Assembly: GCA_024679065.1 (NCBI GenBank)
Contig: JAGIQG010000307.1
Span: 1-41,352, forward strand
DNA from: Sphyrna mokarran
Taxonomy: Eukaryota
Direction: 5' to 3'
Length of the DNA stretch: 41,352 nt
The position numbers and the translations under genes were made by a program. A model generated the notes under the pieces. The model was not told the DNA's origin. It made no database searches and saw only the letters and a list, made by a program, of their open reading frames with translations. Within the stretch, counting starts at the first letter, position 1; each line of letters starts with the position of its first letter. Of this stretch, positions 33,460-41,352 are shown in pieces.

Positions 33460-35240
33460 GGTGTTGGCAATGGGAGAGAATGGGGCCCGGTTTCGTAGTA
33501 GGTATAGGGTTTTGGAGTGTGAGTGGGATTAGTTTGGGATTGATGCGGGTCTATCGAAAAAAGCAGGGCAGTTAGTTTAATTCGTCATTTTTCAAGGTGA
33601 TGGAGGGAGGGGGATCATTGGATTTATCTTTGGAATGGACACAGCACTAGGGAGAGAAGCACAAGGAATCTGGGTTAAATTTTGGAATTTTATAGGGCTG
33701 CAGAGAGACGGGGGTGGGGGCATTCACATTAATTTCGCATTGATTTGGGGCTACGGGGTTGGGAGTGCGGTGTACTAAAATTATTTTGTGATTGATACAA
33801 AACTACGAGGAAAAAATGGGGCCGTGAGATCGGTCTGTGGAATTGAACGAGGTCTTTGGGGGGCCGGGGTGAGAAGGGTATTTGGATTAGTTTAGGAATG
33901 ATACACGGCAATAGGGAGGGAGTAGTGCATTGGGATTATTTTGGAATTGAAACAGGGCTATGCAGAGAGTACAGAGTACTGAGGTTATTTTGGGATTGAT
34001 GCAGGGCTATGTGGAGAAAGCAGGTAAATGGGATTTTTTTCTGATTGATGGGCGGGAGTGGAGTAATGGGATTTGTTGGGAAATTGCTAGGGGGCTATGG
34101 GTTTAGGTGGGGCATTGAGATTAATTTGGGAATTGATATCGGGCTATGTGGAGAGAACAGAGCAGTGGGAGTTGTTAGGTTTTGATACAGGGTATGGGGA
34201 GAAAGCGGGTCAGTGGGTTCGTACTGAATTGATACAGAGCCATGGGGTAACAGTGGGGCAGTCGGATAACATTTGGGGTTAATACTGTGCTAGAGGGACA
34301 GGACGGGACAGTAGGGCAAAGTTGGCATGCAAACAGGGCTATGAGGAGAGAACAGGCAATGGAAATTGATGGTTGGTTTCCGGGAGAGTATGGTGAATTG
34401 GGATTAGTTTTTGTTTGATCCAGAGTTATGGAGTGAGAGCGGGGCTGTGGATTAATTTGTGATCTTTACTCAAAGAGTGATTAGGGAGTGGAATGCCCTG
34501 CCTGCAGCTGTTGTAGATGCGCCAAGTTTGGTGGCGTTTAAGAGGTTAGTGGATAAGTATATGGATGAGAAGGGAATGGTTAGTTAGGAGGGGCATTGCT
34601 TTTTATTTTGGTCGGCACAACATCGAAGGCCGAAGGGCCTGTTCTGTGCTGTATTGTTCTATGTTCTATGATTGTTGTTGGGATATGGGAAGAGAGTGGG
34701 AGTGGGATTAGTTTGTAGATGATACAGGACTATAGGGAGAGTATGGCATATGGGGATTAATTTGAGGTTGAAACCGGTCTATGGGGATAGAACCGGGTAG
34801 TGGAATTAGATTGGGAATTAATATAGGGCAATGGGGAATGAATAGGGCGGTGCTATTAGTCTTGGAATGATAGGGGGAACTGGGGAGGGAGTGGGGTAAT
34901 GGGGTTCGTTTTGGATTGTTCGAAAGTATGGGGAATGATTGGGGCAGTGGGAATATATTCGGTATTGGTGCAGGGCTATGGGGAAATATCACAGCAATGG
35001 GATTAGTTTCGGATTGATACAGGTCTTTAGGGAAAGGATAGGGCAGTGAGATTAGTTTGCAGGTATGATACAGATGAGACGGCAGGCAATGGAATTCGTT
35101 TGTAATTGGTACATATCTATGGGGAAAGAATGAATGCAGGCAGATGGACTAGTTTAAGATTGATACAGAGCAATGTTGAGAAAGGGGGACAGTGGGATTA
35201 GATTGGGGATGACACAGGGTTATACGAAATGTAACTGGGA
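33460..35240. repeat. Degenerate ~49-bp G-rich tandem repeat
   Basis: GGGATTAGTTTGGGATTGATACAGGGCTATGGGGAGAG... period 49 (e.g. 34704, 34753, 34802). Confidence 0.8.
34465..34669 (+). mobile_element. CR1-A 3' tip inserted in the 49-bp array
   Basis: TTTACTCAAAGAGTGATTAGGGAGTGG...GTTCTATG. Confidence 0.9.
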
Positions 35241-35956
35241 ATTAATTATGTGCAGCCATCTCACAGCTGGCTTTAGACACTATTGACAGAAACGCAACTT
35301 ATATTTTGGAAATGCTACAAAGATTGTTAAACACATTACGCTGCGTATCTTAATTTTGGAATGTTCCTCCAAAATTGATATTTCACTGAGTCAACATTTT
35401 TGACCACTGTAATATAACGTCAATCAAAGTAATTGGGTTTATTTTAAGTAAACTGGAAACAGTTTCAGTTGAGAATGCTGCAGTCTGTAATGTGTGAAAT
35501 CGAAATTGGATTGATGAATCAAGTTGCAGTTTATTTTTTAATCGCATGAGATTGCAAGACCCGGAGATCCACAAGTTCCATATGCTAAAATAAAGATGTG
35601 AATCAGTATATAATTGACATTCTTCGGACAAGTGAAATGCAAGAGAAATACACAATACACAGATGGACAACTGTATTCAGAGTTTAAATCTCATGTTTGA
35701 ATGTGAAGGGTTGATAACAAGAACAAATTACTTGTGGGTCGAAGGGCCTGTTTGTGCTGTAGTGTTCTAAATTGATTCATGCCCCCCCCCCACAAAAGAA
35801 ATCTGTAATTGCAACATGTATGGGCAGAGTGAAGGGAATTTTGCTCTATTTAGACCCTTGACGTATTTGTGCAATAATGTAGCGAAACATTGAGGGGTCT
35901 CGCAGCGCAATGTTAAAGGCCCCCAAATCACCAATTTTGCGATTCCAAATACACTT

Positions 35957-36090
35957 AGAACATAGAACATAGAACATTACAGCACAGAACAGGCCTTCGG
36001 CCTTCGATGTTGTGCCGACCAAAATAAAAAGCAATGCCCCTCCAAACTAAACCATTCCCTTCTCTTCCATATACAATACTCTTCCATATA
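35957..36090 (-). mobile_element. CR1-A 3' tip
   Basis: Antisense 3'UTR and tail. Confidence 0.9.
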
Positions 36091-36745
36091 CTTGTTGCAA
36101 TTGAACGTGGTGTTGTGAGACCTCTTACTGTGCCTAGCCCAAATCAAAGCAGAAATTTCTACCTCGCAGTTCAGGGAAAGATTAACACTGAGATGCATGA
36201 ATTAAAGTGAAAGCATGATTAAATCAAATACTTCACATGAATGAGGGATGTGGAAGAGGGGTTGTTAAATAACATTTCTTTTTCTGCTAGTGGGTGAGTT
36301 CAGCATTTAGTAATGTTGGATGTTAGACGCAAGTAAGAAGGTTAGAATTAATAGGATTAAGATATTGCCACACCTAAAAAAAACAATATTCTGCAAACAA
36401 CAATCCATGCTCAGTCGTCTACTAAATTTTAAATCTGAGCTTGATAGATTTTTTTCTCTTCTGTTTGTACTGTGCGCTTTCTCCAATGTCTTCACATCTT
36501 CTCGCAAGTGCTCTAGGTAAGGTCTTGTACTATTTCAACATCGGCTCATTACTCTTGTACTCAATACCTCTATTAATAAAAGCTGGAATACCAAAAGCTT
36601 TATTAACTGTTCTCTCAACATGCCTTCCCATTTCAAATGACGTCTGTACATGGATCCCGCTCTCCCCCGAACAATCAGAGATTGTTCAGAGATTTTGCCG
36701 TTATTTTTTTCTGCTGTCTCTGCATGTTTTCCTGCCAATATAAAC

Positions 36746-38182
36746 CATAGAACATAGAACATAGAACATTACAGCACAGAACAGGCCCTTCGGCCTTCGA
36801 TGTTGTGCCGACCAAAATAAAAAGCAATGCCCCTCCAAACTAAACCATTCCCTTCTCTTCCATATACTTATCAATTAACCTCTTAAACGCCACCAAACTT
36901 GGCGCATCTACAACAGATGCAGGCAGGGCATTCCACTCCCTAATCACTCTTTGAGTAAAGAACCTACCTCTGATATCCGTCCTATAACTCATACCCTTTA
37001 ATTTAAAGCTGTGTCCCCTCGTGCTAGCATTCTCCATCCTAGGAAAAAGGCTATCACTGTCCACCCTATCTAAACCTCTAATCATCTTATATGCTTCAAT
37101 AAGATCCCTCTTAGCCGCCTCCTTTCTAACGAAAACAACCTCAAATCCTTCAACCTCTCTTCATAGGACCGGCCCTCCATACCAGGCAACATCCTGGTAA
37201 ACCTCCTCTGTACCCTCTCCAATGCCTCCACATCTTTCTTATAATGTGGGGACCAGAACTGCACACAATACTACAAGTGCGGCCGCACTAGAGTTTTGTA
37301 CAGTTGCAACATGATGCTGCGGCTCCTAAATTCAATCCCCCTACCAATAAAAGCTAAGACTCCATATGCCTTCTTAACAACTTTATACACTTGACTGCCT
37401 ACTTTCAGGGATCTATTGACACATACACCAAGATCCTTCTGTTCCTCAACACTATTAAGAGCCCTACCATTAGCCCTATACTCTACACATTTATTGTTCA
37501 TGCCAAAGTGCATTACCTCACACTTTTCCACATTAAACTCCATTTGCCACCTCTCGGACCAGCTCTGCAACTTGTCCAAGTCACTCTGTAAACTAAAACA
37601 CCCCTCTTCACTATCTACCACACCACCAACTTTAGTATCATCTGCAAATTTACTGATCCATCCCTCAATACCCTCATCCAGATCATTTAAAAAAATTACA
37701 AACAGCAGGGGCCCCAAAACAGACCCCTGAGGCACACCACTTGTCACCGAACTCCACGAGGAATATCTCCCATCAACCACCACCCTCTGTCTTCTATCTG
37801 CTAGCCAATTCCTAATCCAATTAGCTAATCACCCTCTATTCCACACATCTGCATTTTCTGTAGAAGTCTTCCATGGGCCACCTTATCAAACGCCTTACTA
37901 AAGTCCATATATACTACATCAACCGCCTTACCCCCATCCACCTCTCTGGTCACTTTCTCAAAAACTCAATGAGGTTAGTAAGGCATGACCTACCCTTCAC
38001 GAAACCATGCTGACTATCCCCAATCCATTCATTTCTCTCTCAATAACTATAAATCCTATCCCTAATAATTCTCTCCAATACCTTGCCCACAACAGAAGTA
38101 AGACTCACCGGCCTATAATTCCCTGAAAGGTCTCTCTTCCCCTTCTTAAACAATGGGACCACATTCGCTATCCTCCAGTCCT
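36746..38182 (-). mobile_element. CR1-A, 1.4 kb
   Basis: ORFs 37271-37783, 37082-37264 and 36840-37085, plus tail. Confidence 0.94.
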
Positions 38183-38507
38183 CACTTCACACTTCGCTAT
38201 ATTCATGCCTAAGTACCACTTAAATCTCCAATCCACCAATACGCCGTAATGAGATGTTCACAATGATTTTGACTAACAAGACATTAAAGAACAAAATGAG
38301 AGTGCATGGAAATGGATGGAATTGACAGGAATGAATTGGCAACTGCTAAACGAAGGGAAATGGAATTTAGGAACAAATGGGTCAATGTCGACGTGGCAGT
38401 CGGTGGCTTCTGGTTTAGCACAAGTTCAATATTCAGGATCCCAGATATTCAAATCCATAACAGTATTTGGACGTTTGGTATTAAATGTGGCATTTCAGAG
38501 TTTGCAA

Positions 38508-38705
38508 ACACACACACACACAAGCACACACACACACACGCGTAATAGAACCCTTGCAGGCTCTCTCACGCACACATAGACAAACACTAAAAAAGCTTAA
38601 ACACACGCACTTGAGCACACGGACACGTATTCACACATACAGGTACATGCATACACACATGCACACACACACACACAAACATACACACATATGCATGCGT
38701 AGATA
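38508..38705. repeat. CA-rich simple repeat (continues ~39990-40590)
   Basis: Direct reading. Split by a CR1. Confidence 0.8.
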
Positions 38706-39989
38706 CATAGAACATAGAACATAGAACATTACAGCACAGAACAGGCCCTCCCGCCCTCGATGTTGCGCCTACCAATTAAGAAAAAGCAATGACCCTCTAA
38801 CCAAACCATTCCCTTTTCATCCATAAACCTATCTACGGACCTCTTAAACGCCCCCAAACTTGGCGCATCTACAACTGTAGCAGGCAGGCCATTCCATACC
38901 CTTAACACCCTCTGGGTAAAGAACCTACCTCTGACATCCATCCTATAACGACCACCCCTTAATTTAAAGCTTTTCCCCCCGTGCTTGCTTCCTCCATCCG
39001 AGGAAAAAGGCTATCACTGTCCACCCTATCTAAACCTCTAATCATCTTATATGTTTCAATAAGGTCTCCTCTTAGCTGCCTTCTTTCTAACGAAAAGAAC
39101 CTCAAATCCTTCAGCCTCTTCTCATAAGAAGAAGAGGCATACCAGGCAACATCCTGGTAAACCTCTTCTGCACCCTCTTCAATGCCTCCACATCTTTCTT
39201 ATAATGTGGGGACCAGAACTTTGCACAATACTCCAAGTGCGGCCGCACCAGAGTTTTGTACAGTTGCAACATGACGTTGTGGCTCCGAAATTCAATCCCC
39301 CTACCAATGAAAGCCAAGACTCCGTATGCCTTCTTAACAACCTTATCAACTTGATTGCGAACTTTTAGGGATCTATGCACATATACACCAAGATCCCTCT
39401 GTTCATCAACACTACTAAGAGTTCTGCCATTGGCCCTATACTCTACACATTTGTTATTCCTGCCAAAGTGAATTGCCTCACACTTTTCCACATTAAACTC
39501 CATTTGCCACCTCTCGGCCCAGCTCTGCAACTTGTCCAAGTCTTTCTACAAATTATAACATCCCTCTTCACTGTCTACCACTCCTCCGACTTTGGTGTTA
39601 TCCGCAAATTTACTAATCCATCCTTTTATACCCTCATCCAGATCATTTATAAAAATTACAAACAGCAGGAGCCCCAAAACAGATCCCTGAGGTACACCAC
39701 TTGTAACCGCACTCCATGATGAATAATTTCCATCAACCACCACCCTCTGTCTTCTATCAGCTAGCCAATTCCTGATCCAATTAGCTAAATCACCCTCAAT
39801 CCCATACATCTGCATTTTCTGCTGAAGCCTTCCATGGGGAACCTTATTGAACGCCTTACTAAAGTCCATATACACCACGTCAAGTGCCTTACCCCCATCC
39901 ATCTCTTTGGTCACTTTTTCAAAAAACTCGATAAGGTTAGTAAGGCACGACCTACTCTTCACAAAACCATGCTGACTATCCCCAATCAA
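38706..39989 (-). mobile_element. CR1-A, 1.3 kb, inserted in the CA-rich tract
   Basis: ORFs 39546-40025, 39111-39539 and 38729-38941, plus tail. Confidence 0.93.
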
Positions 39990-40267
39990 TACATACCACA
40001 CCCTTGCAGGCTCACTCACACACATAGACAGACATAAAAAAGCGAAAACACATCAATTGAGCACCATATACATATTGACCATACATGTCAGCGTGCACAC
40101 GCACAGGCCGACACACACACACACGTAACACAACGCACTCACCACACACCACACCATACACACACCCACAACAACCCACAACAACAAAAAAAACAAACCC
40201 CCTTCTTCCAAAGAAAACAACCAAACAAACAAAAACAACGCATAACACAAAAAAAAAAATATAAACA

Positions 40268-40406
40268 NNNNNNNNNNNNNNNNNNNNNNNNNNNNNNNNN
40301 NNNNNNNNNNNNNNNNNNNNNNNNNNNNNNNNNNNNNNNNNNNNNNNNNNNNNNNNNNNNNNNNNNNNNNNNNNNNNNNNNNNNNNNNNNNNNNNNNNNN
40401 NNNNNN
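40268..40406. other. Assembly gap (139 N)
   Basis: Run of N. Confidence 0.99.
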
Positions 40407-41352
40407 TACGCTCACTCACGCACACATCGACAAACATAAAAAAGCTTAAACACAAGCACCTGAGCACACAGACACATATTCACACATACTCGCATGTGCG
40501 TGCACACACACACACACACACAGAAACACACATACAAAACTCAGACTGACAAACACACCCACTGGCTCACACACACAAATACAGACCAACATCTGCACCT
40601 AACTTTATCAATACCTATTAGTTGTTGTTGCATCATTTTGGGTGTTATTTGTCAGTTCAAGTGATATTCCATGTGACTATTCTGACGGTTATTTGCTGCT
40701 GTCAATTTTCCATATTCTTGGGGCATGATTTGAGTTACATTTATTGTGAACAGTTTAAGTGATTTGAGAGCCTAGTTTAAGTGAGGTTTGCAGCGAGCAT
40801 TCAAAATGTGAATGTTCTGAAAATTCATTGAAAGGTTAATTTCTTTCTCCATTTGACAGGTTAATCCTCATTACAATATCTGATTTCGCAGCAATAAGAA
40901 ATTGAATCACTGAGGCTTTCAGAACAATTTATTCTTTCTCACTATATGAGTGTTCCTGATGATTATTGACTTTTAGTGATCATTGATCAATCTTGAACTG
41001 ATCGAAAAAGTGAACCTGTTCGCCTATGCGATGTGTTAACACCCATAGTATTCTTAGAAAGTCAGTCCCAGCATTTTGACTCTGTGACCATCAGGAGATG
41101 ATGGCTAATTTCAAAACCAGGATGTTGAGTGGCTCAGAAGGGAAGTACCAAGGTGGTATTCTCAATGTGTGTAATGCCTTTGCCCTTCTCGGTCATAGAG
41201 ATGGTGGGTTTGGAATGTGCTGTTGAAAACACCTTAGCGAGTGGCATCTTGTAATTGGTACATCATAGAACAAAGAACAAAGAAAAAATAGCATGGGGAA
41301 CAGGCCCTTCGGCCCAACGAGTCTGCGCTGCCTCCCCGATGTTCCCACCTCT

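Noticed and set aside
40012-40467. Hydrophobic Val/Cys-rich ORFs
   Set aside because: Translation of CA-rich simple repeat and low-quality sequence flanking the N gap.

Overview
This is vertebrate intronic/intergenic DNA. The HE1-type SINEs and CR1 LINEs with (TTCTATG)n tails point to a cartilaginous fish (shark). About 40% of the window is young, 5'-truncated CR1 retroposon sequence in two subfamilies, often nested. Other repeats are Rex1-like LINE ends, SINEs, Penelope-type palindromic ends, a degraded LTR-element integrase, tandem arrays (33, ~49, ~52, ~68 bp units) and a 139-N gap. The main non-repeat signal is a five-exon, in-frame Ig-superfamily gene on the + strand (exons 1538-1876, 1977-2282, 8135-8254, 8393-8451, 11308-11352; leader exon not found, presumably upstream). 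It encodes a germline-joined V-J domain (YYC...FGNGSKL) with no RSS, a C1-set constant domain, an uncharged TM and a short tail ending in a TLYARL ITSM/ITIM-like motif. That is a non-rearranging, antigen-receptor-like VJ-C1 membrane receptor, probably inhibitory. A possible decayed CD2/CEACAM-type Ig exon lies on the - strand at about 26.65-27.09 kb.
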